Positions 24,932 through 34,797 of a stretch of 64,000 nt of DNA are shown piece by piece. The stretch comes from a virus (taxonomy: Duplodnaviria > Caudoviricetes): positions 1 through 64,000 of IMG/VR virus record IMGVR_UViG_3300037067_007160; one strand, given 5' to 3'. The number at the start of each line of letters is the position of its first letter. Positions within the stretch are counted from its first letter, which is position 1. The translations under genes were made by a program, and so were the position numbers. The notes beneath the pieces are model-generated. The model saw nothing but the letters and a program-made list of their open reading frames with translations, searched no databases and had not been told where the DNA came from.

Positions 24932-26179
24932 ATGGATAAACTAACAAAAGAACAACTGGCGCAGGCTGATAGACTCTACGGCGTCTTCACGAACCACGGT
25001 ACCATGACGGATAAGGAAGGTTCCCAGTCCAATGTTACAATCAAGGAACTGAAGGACCTTATCACGACTGAGGATATTCTTCCTCTCCTCCCGAGAGTGG
25101 TTACCAGAGTCATTGCCGAAGCCATTGAACCAAACCTTCTCATCGTTCCCAACCTCTTCACCCTGCTCAATATTCCGACCGCTCAGCATATCGAGATCGG
25201 CGCCATTGGAGCCCTCACGGCCTCAAAGATCGCCCAGGGTCAGGAATTCAAGTCAGAGACCCTTGCTTACGATGTAAGCGGGCAGTCCGTTGCGATCACC
25301 GTCTCCAAGTACGGTCTCGCGGTTAACATTGCACAGGAAGTGATCGATGACAGTCAGTTCGACATCATCACTCTCTGGCTTCGTGCCGCTGGAGCCGCCC
25401 TTGCCAGACTCAAGGAATCCATCGGAATCAAGCTTATCGACACGATGGGTATCACTGTGTTCGATAACGCAAGCCCTACGACCTCGGAAGAGGGTATCCT
25501 TACCGGCCGCAATATTGCTGGTACGGCGAACGGCACCATGACGTTGAACGACCTGTTCGACATGTATGTCTATGGAGCACAGCGCGGATACGTGCCCGAC
25601 ACCATGCTCATCCACCCTCTCTCATGGAAGGTCTTCGCGACCGACTCCTTGATGAAGGAAGTTGTGATGAATGGTGCGGTACTCGCATCCCGCAGGATGC
25701 CTCTTGGCACCTTCGCCCCAGGATGGCCGGCATGGCAGGGTGGTCTTGGCTATAAGCTCGGACCAACGGGTGCAGAGGCCACAGGCGCAAGCCAGTGGAC
25801 CAACGCCCTTAACCCACTTGGCGCGACATTTAACATTCCAGCACAGAATATCCTTCCTTCTCCTCTGAAGGTTATCGTGTCGCACCTCATTCCATTCCAG
25901 GCTCGTGGGACCCAGGATCCTCTCTGCAATGTCATCCTCGCGGATTCACAGAGAGCGGGCGTCCTCGTACAGAAAGAGGATCCAACGACATCTGAAGCCG
26001 ACATCTTCAGCCGTGAAGTTCACTCCATCCACATCTCGGAGAGATACGGTATGGCGATGTTCGATCAAGGTAAGGGTGCGTGGATAGCAAGGAACGTTGT
26101 TGCTGGTCAGAACTATGTGTTTGAGAACGCCAACGCACAGACGTTGACGGCTCTTCCAGCAGCACTTACAAGCTACTAA
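24932..26179 (+). CDS. Major capsid protein (HK97 fold)
   Basis: KYGLAVNIAQEVIDDS, PDTMLIHPLSW and ERYGMAM; size, position and strong RBS. Confidence 0.85.
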   Translation: MDKLTKEQLAQADRLYGVFTNHGTMTDKEGSQSNVTIKELKDLITTEDILPLLPRVVTRVIAEAIEPNLLIVPNLFTLLNIPTAQHIEIGAIGALTASKIAQGQEFKSETLAYDVSGQSVAITVSKYGLAVNIAQEVIDDSQFDIITLWLRAAGAALARLKESIGIKLIDTMGITVFDNASPTTSEEGILTGRNIAGTANGTMTLNDLFDMYVYGAQRGYVPDTMLIHPLSWKVFATDSLMKEVVMNGAVLASRRMPLGTFAPGWPAWQGGLGYKLGPTGAEATGASQWTNALNPLGATFNIPAQNILPSPLKVIVSHLIPFQARGTQDPLCNVILADSQRAGVLVQKEDPTTSEADIFSREVHSIHISERYGMAMFDQGKGAWIARNVVAGQNYVFENANAQTLTALPAALTSY

Positions 26180-26196
26180 GCAATAAGATTGGATAA

Positions 26197-26238
26197 GGTA
26201 GCGCCGTAGGCGACTGAAAGGTTTCTTACGGCGCTACC
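26197..26238 (+). promoter_or_regulatory. Long GAAA-tetraloop hairpin after the capsid gene
   Basis: GGTAGCGCCGTAGG-C-GACT-GAAA-GGTT-T-CTTACGGCGCTACC; no U-tract follows. Confidence 0.6.
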
Positions 26239-26258
26239 AAAAATCCGGGAGGAATATT

Positions 26259-26864
26259 ATGGCTGAGAAAGAAAAAGTAGCTGATAGAGAACTTGCAAAG
26301 CAATTAGTGGGTAAGACAATTCGTCTATCACCACGAATTGCTTTTTTCTTCGAGGATAATTCACAATATGTCCTCAATGCACATGCAGGTTATGATGATC
26401 TGAAGTCCGAGTTCAAGAATAGTAACATTGTGATAAAGGAAGGTTGGAAACTCGAACCTACCATGCGCAATGTGAAGGCCGGAATCCTTAGAGTCTTTGA
26501 TGAGAAGGGAGTGGACATAAGCCAGTCTTTCGGTGGACCAGCTCTCCCTCCAAATCGCAAAGAGAAACCAATTGTTACTGGTGCTCCTTTAATGTTCGAT
26601 AAAAGTGACCAGCGGGATGTGAAACTAAGGGCACTTCTTGACAATGTTAATGAGAAGGAAGTTCTTCAGGTTGTTGAGAGTAATAGGTTGCCACTCGATC
26701 TACTAGAGAGACTCTATGAACTTGAATTGGCCGGGGAAAATCCAGCCTATAGATCTAGGGCCGCAATAGTAGAGGGAATTAAAGAGCTCATGAAGAGGAC
26801 ACATGGTATAACAGATCCAAAAAAGCTGGAAGATGAGGAGACCATTACCACAGTTCGTAGGTAA
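26259..26864 (+). CDS. Hypothetical head-region protein
   Basis: GGGAGG RBS; directly after the capsid gene. Confidence 0.65.
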   Translation: MAEKEKVADRELAKQLVGKTIRLSPRIAFFFEDNSQYVLNAHAGYDDLKSEFKNSNIVIKEGWKLEPTMRNVKAGILRVFDEKGVDISQSFGGPALPPNRKEKPIVTGAPLMFDKSDQRDVKLRALLDNVNEKEVLQVVESNRLPLDLLERLYELELAGENPAYRSRAAIVEGIKELMKRTHGITDPKKLEDEETITTVRR

Positions 26865-26879
26865 TCCTAAGGAGGCCAC

Positions 26880-28253
26880 TTGGCCAGGATTTTAAGTACA
26901 AGTCCGGAAAGCCGGGCCACTGGGGTAATACGAAATGTCTTCTTAACTGCTCAGTTTGAGGTTGATCTAAGCAGGAATACTGTTACCGACTTGACGGTTC
27001 TCCTTGTCAAGACAAGTGATAGAAGTATCGTAGATGGTGTTGCCGACTACATAGTTGGTACTAGGACGGTAACCTTCCAGGTATCAGAACTTCTGGAAGC
27101 AAATACTGAGTATACATGGATCCTAGTTGGTAGGACCGAGGGAATTAAGACTCTAGATGGACAAACTGCCCTCGCAGCTAATGAACAGATAACGTTCAAG
27201 ACTGGAACTGAAATAAATCCCGGAGTCCCTCTGGCTCCAGCTGAAGCGGCTTCGGGCGACATACAAGCATTCTCCGGTGCAGCCGGAATCTACACTGAGG
27301 TCTTTGGAAGAACTGGAGAACCTGTCAGTCACATCGTTACCACGGCCGGACAAGTCGGACCATCTGGTCAGATCTTCCCTGCTCCTGCTGGTTCAGCTGT
27401 CTACCTAGCCCTATCAGGAACGATAGATCTTGATCCGATAACCATAAGCGGAACTGTACCTGTCGATGGAGATCACCTTCTACTCTTGGATGATATGTCC
27501 ACGATAGAGGTTGCCTTCAGTGATGCTCCGCTAAATACTGGGCTTGAAGATGGTGGCATCGAACTTTTGGCCGTAGACGTACTTGGCCAGGATGTTACCC
27601 AGCCTACATGGACGGTCACGACAAGCGATAACAAGCTTATCGTAACTCCCAGTGAGTGGCGCGGTGGAACTGACTATACAGTCACTGTATCAAAGGATAT
27701 CTGGGGTGGGAATAGCGAACCACTCGGCACAGACTACACATTCACCTTTAATGTAAGGTCAGAATACTACTTTACAACAGTGAAGATGGTTAGGGCGAAT
27801 CTCGGATCGGCCATATCGGCCATTAGTGATGAATCGATAGAGGAACTGATATACGAGAATAGTCTCTGGGCCTATGAACATGCAGCCTCAACCTTCGATG
27901 TGGATAATCCACCTCTCTACGTTAAGGATTATGTTCTTTGCAAGACGAAACTTGACGTCCTTAATACAGCTCTCATGGGAACAGACTCTGTCACCCAGGA
28001 ACGTATCGGTGAAGTTGAGTTCAAGTATGGCGATAGCCTTGGAAGTAAGTTCAAAGAGAAGATAGCGGAACTCAAGGCTTGTATAGAAGATAATAAGATT
28101 CAACTGTTATCACTTGGAAGAAGGACAGTGATGGGAACGGCCGTAAAGGCTGGCGCCTTCCCTGGAAGACCTGGAAGAGATGGAACCTGGAGAAGGATAT
28201 CAACCAACGGAGGGTTCGGGAACAGAAGGAATGCTCCTGGAAATGGTATATGA
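26880..28253 (+). CDS. Ig-like (Big_5-type) repeat protein fused to putative head-tail adaptor
   Basis: Two Ig-like patterns (STSP...VTF...LEANTEYT; TVP...VAFS...TDYTVTV); C-terminal ERIGEVEFKY is adaptor-like. Confidence 0.55.
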   Translation: MARILSTSPESRATGVIRNVFLTAQFEVDLSRNTVTDLTVLLVKTSDRSIVDGVADYIVGTRTVTFQVSELLEANTEYTWILVGRTEGIKTLDGQTALAANEQITFKTGTEINPGVPLAPAEAASGDIQAFSGAAGIYTEVFGRTGEPVSHIVTTAGQVGPSGQIFPAPAGSAVYLALSGTIDLDPITISGTVPVDGDHLLLLDDMSTIEVAFSDAPLNTGLEDGGIELLAVDVLGQDVTQPTWTVTTSDNKLIVTPSEWRGGTDYTVTVSKDIWGGNSEPLGTDYTFTFNVRSEYYFTTVKMVRANLGSAISAISDESIEELIYENSLWAYEHAASTFDVDNPPLYVKDYVLCKTKLDVLNTALMGTDSVTQERIGEVEFKYGDSLGSKFKEKIAELKACIEDNKIQLLSLGRRTVMGTAVKAGAFPGRPGRDGTWRRISTNGGFGNRRNAPGNGI

Positions 28254-28732
28254 GTTTCAAAAGCAACTTCTTAAAGATGCTTCAGCGTTCACGGGGTGGA
28301 ATAGGTCAATGGTGCGTCATACGGCACTTCTCAGAGATAAGAAGTAAATATTGGAATGAAGAGACACAAGAGTCTGTAGGAGGTCCGCCAAACGAGTATC
28401 AGGATACTGTGATCCTTGCCTCAAAGCAGTTATCGTTTGGGGCCACAAATCCACCAGGGACTGCAAGACAGGAGACTCTGCAAGCTGTAAATATATCAAG
28501 AGATTCCTTTGTTTACTACATGGATACTGATGTTGAAGTAGAAATTGATGATGAGATCTTTGACTTAGACTATGCTGGACAAGTAGCACCAACGGTAAAG
28601 TATACTAGCACCGATACTGGAGCTGCTATAACTGGTAGGTTCAAAGTTGACTTCGTCAACAACTATCGAGTTGGAAATAGGGGCGAGAAGACCTATAAGA
28701 TTGTGACTGCGAAGAGGTACCACGGTGAGTGA
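28250..28732 (+). CDS. Putative head closure protein
   Basis: Position in the neck module. Confidence 0.45.
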   Translation: MSFKSNFLKMLQRSRGGIGQWCVIRHFSEIRSKYWNEETQESVGGPPNEYQDTVILASKQLSFGATNPPGTARQETLQAVNISRDSFVYYMDTDVEVEIDDEIFDLDYAGQVAPTVKYTSTDTGAAITGRFKVDFVNNYRVGNRGEKTYKIVTAKRYHGE

Positions 28733-29438
28733 TATTAGTGACGTTGATTTTACACTAACAAGCAGTCTTCAGCCAGTTGATGATGAAAGAAACACGGTTG
28801 CTGGCACTCATGGTGGAAATAGCGCGGGAGCTGAGGGAAACCTTGATATACAGGGCTTCATGCATCTTCTCTACTTGATGCTCAAGGTTGACTATCCTTC
28901 AGCGGTTTTCGTCCCCTCCTATCCAAAGTATCTGAAGGTTGGAACGAAAGAGAACACAGAAACAATGGACAACCCGGTCCAAAAGTTTAAGCCGACGATA
29001 ACATATATGATCATGCGTCGGGAACCGGCAACAATAGGTGGAAACAAAGAACCATTTGGCACAGGACAAAAGGATTTCCGACCAAAGGAAAGGCAGAGGG
29101 TTGGAAATCAAGATGGAACACAGACTATAATTTATGGACAAAGATTTGACAACCTGGTTAGATTCGACATCTGGTGCTTGACAAACAAAGAAGTGGAAGA
29201 TCTCGTTAATTGGTTTGAACAATACCTACGAACGAGACGAGCTTTTCTCAGAAACATGGGACTCGATGAGATTCTTTTCTGGTCGCGTGGGGAAGATCAA
29301 GCGGATAGCAACTTCGACAATAGGTTGGAGAAGCGATCACTCACATTTTTCATAAGGACTGAAGAATTGTCCTCGGCGGAAGAAGATGTTCTCAAGAACC
29401 TCACAATCGAACTAGGCATCCGCAAGACTACTCAGTAG
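28725..29438 (+). CDS. Putative tail completion/terminator protein
   Basis: Immediately before the sheath; VRFDIWCLTNKEVEDLVNWFE pattern. Confidence 0.5.
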   Translation: MSDISDVDFTLTSSLQPVDDERNTVAGTHGGNSAGAEGNLDIQGFMHLLYLMLKVDYPSAVFVPSYPKYLKVGTKENTETMDNPVQKFKPTITYMIMRREPATIGGNKEPFGTGQKDFRPKERQRVGNQDGTQTIIYGQRFDNLVRFDIWCLTNKEVEDLVNWFEQYLRTRRAFLRNMGLDEILFWSRGEDQADSNFDNRLEKRSLTFFIRTEELSSAEEDVLKNLTIELGIRKTTQ

Positions 29439-29447
29439 GAGGAAGAA

Positions 29448-31934
29448 ATGGCTAATTCAAACTTGCCAAATATTGTTACTTCTCTAACGGATGGAAACCT
29501 TAATTCCAAAGAGGTTGCCGACCTTGGGGATCGTATTCTGTTACTTGGAACTTCCGCACGAGGTCCGATGAATGAGCCACGTTCAGTCTCCAGCATTCAG
29601 GACGCTGAGGACCTGTTCGGTGATATTTCAGAAGGAACACTCGTTCGTGGCTACTCGGAGGCCTTCTATGCTCCAGGTGGTCCAAAGGACATAACACTTG
29701 TTAGAATTGGTAATGGTTCAATTGCCGATGTTGACATAGAAGAAGCACTTGGATCAGGACTCGCGAATGAGACCATAGCAGTTGATACAGGTATTGCCTG
29801 GACGGCTATGACTATCGCATCTAAGGATCCTGGTGAGATTTTCAACTCTGCCAGTGTTAGAGAAGAGGTTGTTGATGGACAACTTTCCGTTATCTTCTAC
29901 AATCCAGTTACAGATCTTGAGACGGTCGTTCCCTATGATCCAGCTGGAACTGTCGATGGAAGTGTCTCCAATGTTGAAGAATTAGTTAATGCACTCAACC
30001 TCGATACAAACTTTGCAAGTCACTTCGAAGCGAATATAAATGAACTGGATACGGATCTATCCATTACTATTAGTTCGACAGATTCGTATGTGACGGCTAC
30101 TGGGAATGAAACATATCCATCTGGTACTATCACTGTCGACCTTCAGTCACTTCTGGATGTAGCAGATACTGATAAGGATAGTTTCACGGAGAATGCAAGT
30201 ATTGTAACAAGTGGAACTCCGGTAACATGTGGAAACAACCTTACAGGCATTGAAGACTGTTACTCACTAGAAGAAACACTTGAAGATGTTGACGCAGCTG
30301 GTAAGAAGATGGTCACTCTTGATAATCCTGTATATGCTACTGGTGGTGTAGCTGCTGACTTCCTTATGCAGGATAAATCAGTAGATACCGTCTATGATGG
30401 ACGTGGTATTCATATCCATACAAATGCCTTCATTGGAACTGGAGATGGTGACGATACCGTATTCCAGTTTAGCGTCTATGAGCCTATCAATGGAACAACC
30501 CTGAAGATCTATAGGACTGGAACTAATGGTATTCCTGTTGAAGTGACGGGTTTCTCTCTCGATCTGGCAGGCGGATCTGGAACTGATAATATCGCCCAGG
30601 TAACCCTACCAGTTGCTCCACCTGAGAACCATATCATCACTGGTACATGGGATTCTAATGAGTTTCCTATGACTAAAGTTACGACACTCACATCAATTAA
30701 TTCAGCGACAAGTTACAGGACATACTATGTAGCTGGTAACAAGGTCTACTTTGGTGCGGCACAGCCGGCAGATCTCCGTATCGCCTACATGGGCCGTGTC
30801 CAGTTCACTGAAGGAGAGGGTATCGCAATCAGCGATGCTAAGAATGGTGAGATCGTATTCCAGGACCTCACTAAGTTGCCTAACGTATGGGCTGCAGGTG
30901 GCGCTACTATATACATGACACTAAAGTATCTTCCTGAGTGGCCGAATATTGGAGCCAGTGCAAGGTCTCTTAGTGGTGGAACTAATGGCATTGAAATGAC
31001 CAATGAGGAGAAGTATACTGCCCTTACAACGGCCTACACTGCCATAGAGGATACACCAGCCGATATCATCGTACCAATCAATACCTATATTGATGATACG
31101 AAGACGGACTATGATAGTGAGACTGGCGTTGAGACAACCGTCAATGCTGGATTCGCTGAGCAACTCAATGCTCACTGTGAACAGCTCCTCGATGGTGTTT
31201 CTGAGACCTGGGGCGCAATTGCTGTAAAACCAATTGTTGCGGCTGATGGAAGAAGTCCTAAGGCTTCAGACATAACAACGTGGATAGAGAAACTCACAGA
31301 GTATTCCTACTCTGATGTTACGAGAGCGGCCAACGTTATGAAGAACCTTGACGCTAAGCACCTTAGTGTTGTGGCCTTCGAACCTGTCATTAGTAATGCT
31401 GCAATCAGCATTCCATATGCAACGTCTGGAGAATGCGTTTATGCCGGACTTGTGGCCAAACTACAATCAAATAGCGCATCAACAAACAAACCTCTCAGTA
31501 ATATCCTTGGGATTCGTTATCCACTAAGTTCACGCCAACTTAACACGCTCACAGGCGCCCGTTACGTGACGGCCATGAATAGACCAGACATTGGTACAGT
31601 TATTACCGATGGAATGACAGCGGCCGCAACAACTAGCGACTGGAAGCGTCTATCTACCTTTAGAATTATGGTAGAGGCCATGAGGAATGTCCGCACTGCT
31701 GGTATGCCGTTCATTGGTGAAGGATTCTCTGGCGCAAGGAAGGCAGCTCTGGATACAGCTATCCTAAGACAGCTAGAAGCGATGAAACAGGATGGAAAAC
31801 TTATCGACTTCGACTGGCTCGTAACGCAGACGAAGACTCAGGAAGTCAATGGTACAGCCAGCGTTAAGCTGATCCTGCACCCAGCCTTCGAGCTCAGAAG
31901 GCTTGAAGTGACAGTTGAACTCCGCCAGAGTTAA
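29448..31934 (+). CDS. Tail sheath protein
   Basis: LLGTSARGPMNEP N-terminus, LSGGTNG and C-terminal FIGE...LHPAFELRRLEVTV. Confidence 0.9.
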   Translation: MANSNLPNIVTSLTDGNLNSKEVADLGDRILLLGTSARGPMNEPRSVSSIQDAEDLFGDISEGTLVRGYSEAFYAPGGPKDITLVRIGNGSIADVDIEEALGSGLANETIAVDTGIAWTAMTIASKDPGEIFNSASVREEVVDGQLSVIFYNPVTDLETVVPYDPAGTVDGSVSNVEELVNALNLDTNFASHFEANINELDTDLSITISSTDSYVTATGNETYPSGTITVDLQSLLDVADTDKDSFTENASIVTSGTPVTCGNNLTGIEDCYSLEETLEDVDAAGKKMVTLDNPVYATGGVAADFLMQDKSVDTVYDGRGIHIHTNAFIGTGDGDDTVFQFSVYEPINGTTLKIYRTGTNGIPVEVTGFSLDLAGGSGTDNIAQVTLPVAPPENHIITGTWDSNEFPMTKVTTLTSINSATSYRTYYVAGNKVYFGAAQPADLRIAYMGRVQFTEGEGIAISDAKNGEIVFQDLTKLPNVWAAGGATIYMTLKYLPEWPNIGASARSLSGGTNGIEMTNEEKYTALTTAYTAIEDTPADIIVPINTYIDDTKTDYDSETGVETTVNAGFAEQLNAHCEQLLDGVSETWGAIAVKPIVAADGRSPKASDITTWIEKLTEYSYSDVTRAANVMKNLDAKHLSVVAFEPVISNAAISIPYATSGECVYAGLVAKLQSNSASTNKPLSNILGIRYPLSSRQLNTLTGARYVTAMNRPDIGTVITDGMTAAATTSDWKRLSTFRIMVEAMRNVRTAGMPFIGEGFSGARKAALDTAILRQLEAMKQDGKLIDFDWLVTQTKTQEVNGTASVKLILHPAFELRRLEVTVELRQS

Positions 31935-31948
31935 AATAGGAGGATCTA

Positions 31949-32629
31949 ATGGGAAGCTCAATCAGTAATCAGTCAACTTTCCAAAAAACGTTCACCATTC
32001 ACTCTGGAACGGATATCCACGCGGTATTCAATGATCTGCCGATATCAACTGTCCAGGGTATCAGTTACTCCATCACCCGTCAGAAGGCCCCCATCTATAC
32101 GATGGGGTCTTCTGATCTGAGGGCTATTGCCCGCTCTAAGAGAGGTATTGCCGGATCGCTCATCTTCACGACGACCGACAAGCATGCCTTAAATGAGTTC
32201 ATGTCAACCAGTACCTTCGCGGCCAAACCAGGCAGTCTAGAATCAAGTTCAGCTAATCCAGTTGCTGCAGATGATACAGTCAGTACTATTGACTCGGCCA
32301 TTGAGGCAAGTACACTTGGTGGCGGAACTGGAGCAGGTGCTAATGCGCTTAATGCGAACATCGTAAATAGGGCTGTTGGTAGCATTATTGCCCGACCTAT
32401 GTATGCAGACGAGATCCTACCGTTCGATGTTACTCTTTCATCAGCGAATGAGTATGGCAAAGGTGCAGTAATGCGTATTATTGGCCTTGAAATCCTTAAC
32501 GAGGGTTCTGGTCTTTCCGTGGATGATACATCGAACGAAATTCAGATGACGTATCTTGCCAGACTTATCCTACCATGGGTTGAGTTTGTCAATATAATGG
32601 ATCCGAACGACTTAGATCCAACCATCTAA
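31949..32629 (+). CDS. Tail tube protein
   Basis: Follows the sheath; SGTDI, QGISYSITRQKAPIYTMG, RGIAGSLIF, PFDVTL. Confidence 0.75.
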   Translation: MGSSISNQSTFQKTFTIHSGTDIHAVFNDLPISTVQGISYSITRQKAPIYTMGSSDLRAIARSKRGIAGSLIFTTTDKHALNEFMSTSTFAAKPGSLESSSANPVAADDTVSTIDSAIEASTLGGGTGAGANALNANIVNRAVGSIIARPMYADEILPFDVTLSSANEYGKGAVMRIIGLEILNEGSGLSVDDTSNEIQMTYLARLILPWVEFVNIMDPNDLDPTI

Positions 32630-32645
32630 CGGATAAGGGGAGGAT

Positions 32646-33293
32646 ATGAAGTCCAACCTTACCCCATTCGGTTCGCGCCTTTCCCGATCAGTCTTTGATC
32701 GGGAAAGGGATGCGTACTCTGCCACCGATATTGAAGCGATAATCCATGGTATAGATCGTACCACGGGTAATCCAGTTACCGCTAAACTTGGTGACATCCA
32801 GACCATTACCTACTCCATCCATAGAGAGTCAAGTCCCGTGCGCACGCTCGGGCGAACTAATCCTGCTGGTTATACTGCTGGTGGAAGAACTACAGCTGGA
32901 AGTCTTATATTCGCAACATTCAATAGAAGGGCTCTAGAAGAACTATACACAGGATCTGACTACCAGACAGCCGCTGTCAATGGTACTCTATCCGATGCAA
33001 GAATAAGACAACCAACCGATACTATTTCACCATTCGATATTATTCTCTACTTCACAAGCGAACATGGAAATGACTCTGTCATGTATATATACAGAGTCCA
33101 GATTGTTGACGAAGGTCAAACCTTCTCTATTCAAGATGTATATACTGAACATACAATGCAATATATGGCATCTGGTATATCAATGCTTGAAAAGATTGAT
33201 GATGTCTGGAAGAGAGCGTATATTGGAGAAGGTGCAATATTCAACAATCTCACAGCAATTCATAGGGCAGAAGCAGCAGGCCTCATAATATAA
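32646..33293 (+). CDS. Tail tube-like paralogue
   Basis: YSATDI, TITYSIHRESSPVRTLG, RTTAGSLIF and PFDII align with the preceding protein. Confidence 0.65.
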   Translation: MKSNLTPFGSRLSRSVFDRERDAYSATDIEAIIHGIDRTTGNPVTAKLGDIQTITYSIHRESSPVRTLGRTNPAGYTAGGRTTAGSLIFATFNRRALEELYTGSDYQTAAVNGTLSDARIRQPTDTISPFDIILYFTSEHGNDSVMYIYRVQIVDEGQTFSIQDVYTEHTMQYMASGISMLEKIDDVWKRAYIGEGAIFNNLTAIHRAEAAGLII

Positions 33294-33314
33294 GTTCCTA
33301 CCAAAGTCATTTAC

Positions 33315-33350
33315 CGGCCCGTAAGCCCTCCCCTTACGGGCCGTTTTATT
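33315..33350 (+). terminator. Intrinsic terminator
   Basis: CGGCCCGTAAG-ccctccc-CTTACGGGCCG followed by TTTTATT. Confidence 0.75.
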
Positions 33351-33360
33351 GTGATATAAT
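33351..33360 (+). promoter_or_regulatory. Extended -10 promoter (GTGATATAAT)
   Basis: Directly after the terminator and 9 nt before the ATG at 33370; no RBS. Confidence 0.65.
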
Positions 33361-33369
33361 CCTATAGAT

Positions 33370-34386
33370 ATGAAGACAAAACAGACAGACACTCTTAGTA
33401 CCGTTCTTGCTGAGGCACTAAAGTCATCAAACCTTTCTCCGTCAACTGTTGGAAAGGTTGATGATCATGGAAACACGCCAGCTTCGTGGGAAGTTCTAGA
33501 TGCTGAGGAACGAGCCAAAGCAATAAAAGAAAAGTCAGATAAGAAGAATGAGGAGAGAAGTAGAAGAGAAGAGATCAAAAAGAAAGAAGCAATGGATGCT
33601 GTCATTAAAGAGAGGCAAAAACAAAGGAACACCAAAGCCTCATATGAGTATCCAAATCCATATTATGCAGGACCTCAGGTTGGTCTCTTCATTGGTGACA
33701 CCTGGGTCTCAGATGTGGTTACAATCTCATATACAGAAACTGTCAATAAGGTTCCCCTCTATGGATATGCAAGTACGCACTTTAATGCTGTTGCAAAGGG
33801 TACAGTATTAGTTCAGGGCCAGTTTGCTATTGCATATACACAACCAAACTATCTTCAAACAATACTGGCTAGATATAGTACTTCAGAAGGACGACTGGCC
33901 ATGTTTCCTACTCAAATATCAGATCCTATAGAGAAGGCCAAGAAGTTATTCTGGAAACTTGAAGATCTCCAGAATACAGTTAATCTAACTCCATTAGAAT
34001 ATGGATATGAGTATGGCGTAACTGGCCAGGTAAGGAATGGTTTTGATATCAGAGTATTCTATGGTGCATCAGAATTCGTAACTAATTCTGTGTTGCGAAG
34101 AGCATCAATATATACTGGCGCCGATATTAAGACAAAGGGTGTCATAGAAGAGATAAAGAATGTACATCTTACGTCGAGAGGCCTATCTGTGACACCATCA
34201 GGAGAACCAATAGCTGAGATATATTCCTTCTTCGCTTCACATGTCCAGACAAGTGGGAAGTTGACACCAGGAACCCGTACCATAGGAGTTTCAGTAGATG
34301 CATCTACTGGACTCGTACCAATAGCAAATGTTAACAGCAATAATAGCGTAAACCAAAGATATATTAATAACCTAAAAGGGAGGTAG
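33370..34386 (+). CDS. Tube-like (tube initiator/baseplate) protein
   Basis: YYAGPQV...TISYTETVNKVPLYGY...LVQGQFAI tube-fold pattern. Confidence 0.55.
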   Translation: MKTKQTDTLSTVLAEALKSSNLSPSTVGKVDDHGNTPASWEVLDAEERAKAIKEKSDKKNEERSRREEIKKKEAMDAVIKERQKQRNTKASYEYPNPYYAGPQVGLFIGDTWVSDVVTISYTETVNKVPLYGYASTHFNAVAKGTVLVQGQFAIAYTQPNYLQTILARYSTSEGRLAMFPTQISDPIEKAKKLFWKLEDLQNTVNLTPLEYGYEYGVTGQVRNGFDIRVFYGASEFVTNSVLRRASIYTGADIKTKGVIEEIKNVHLTSRGLSVTPSGEPIAEIYSFFASHVQTSGKLTPGTRTIGVSVDASTGLVPIANVNSNNSVNQRYINNLKGR

Positions 34387-34388
34387 AG

Positions 34389-34730
34389 ATGGAAGGACCA
34401 ACAAAAGAGTGGATTGATGCCGCAAAGGAAAAGTATGGAAGGCTAAGTAGGATCACAATCAATGGTGTAATGTATATCTTTCGCCAGTTGAAGAGGAAGG
34501 AACATCTTGACATTCAAAAAACAGTATTCCCTACTGGTGTTCCAACTGATCAAGCACTGATTAAACCAGAAGAAAATACTCAGATAGAAGATATGATTGT
34601 TAAGTCCTGTGTCCTCTGGCCAGAGAATCTTGACTTCAATAATGAAGGGGCTGGTGTTCCTCAAAGTATCACGCCATCGATCTTGTTCTTCTCAGGTTTT
34701 GTTGGACCACAGGAACCAGAGGAGATATAA
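34389..34730 (+). CDS. Tail assembly chaperone
   Basis: KEKYG...YIFRQLKRKE...CVLWP; position before the tape-measure-like gene. Confidence 0.6.
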   Translation: MEGPTKEWIDAAKEKYGRLSRITINGVMYIFRQLKRKEHLDIQKTVFPTGVPTDQALIKPEENTQIEDMIVKSCVLWPENLDFNNEGAGVPQSITPSILFFSGFVGPQEPEEI

Positions 34731-34749
34731 GAGTCCCGCCAGATGCGAG

Positions 34750-34786
34750 AGAGGGAACATCACCCAGATGTTCCCTCTTTATTTTT
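34750..34786 (+). terminator. Intrinsic terminator or attenuator between the chaperone genes
   Basis: AGAGGGAACATC-accca-GATGTTCCCTCT followed by TTATTTTT. Confidence 0.7.
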
Positions 34787-34797
34787 AGGGAGGAATA

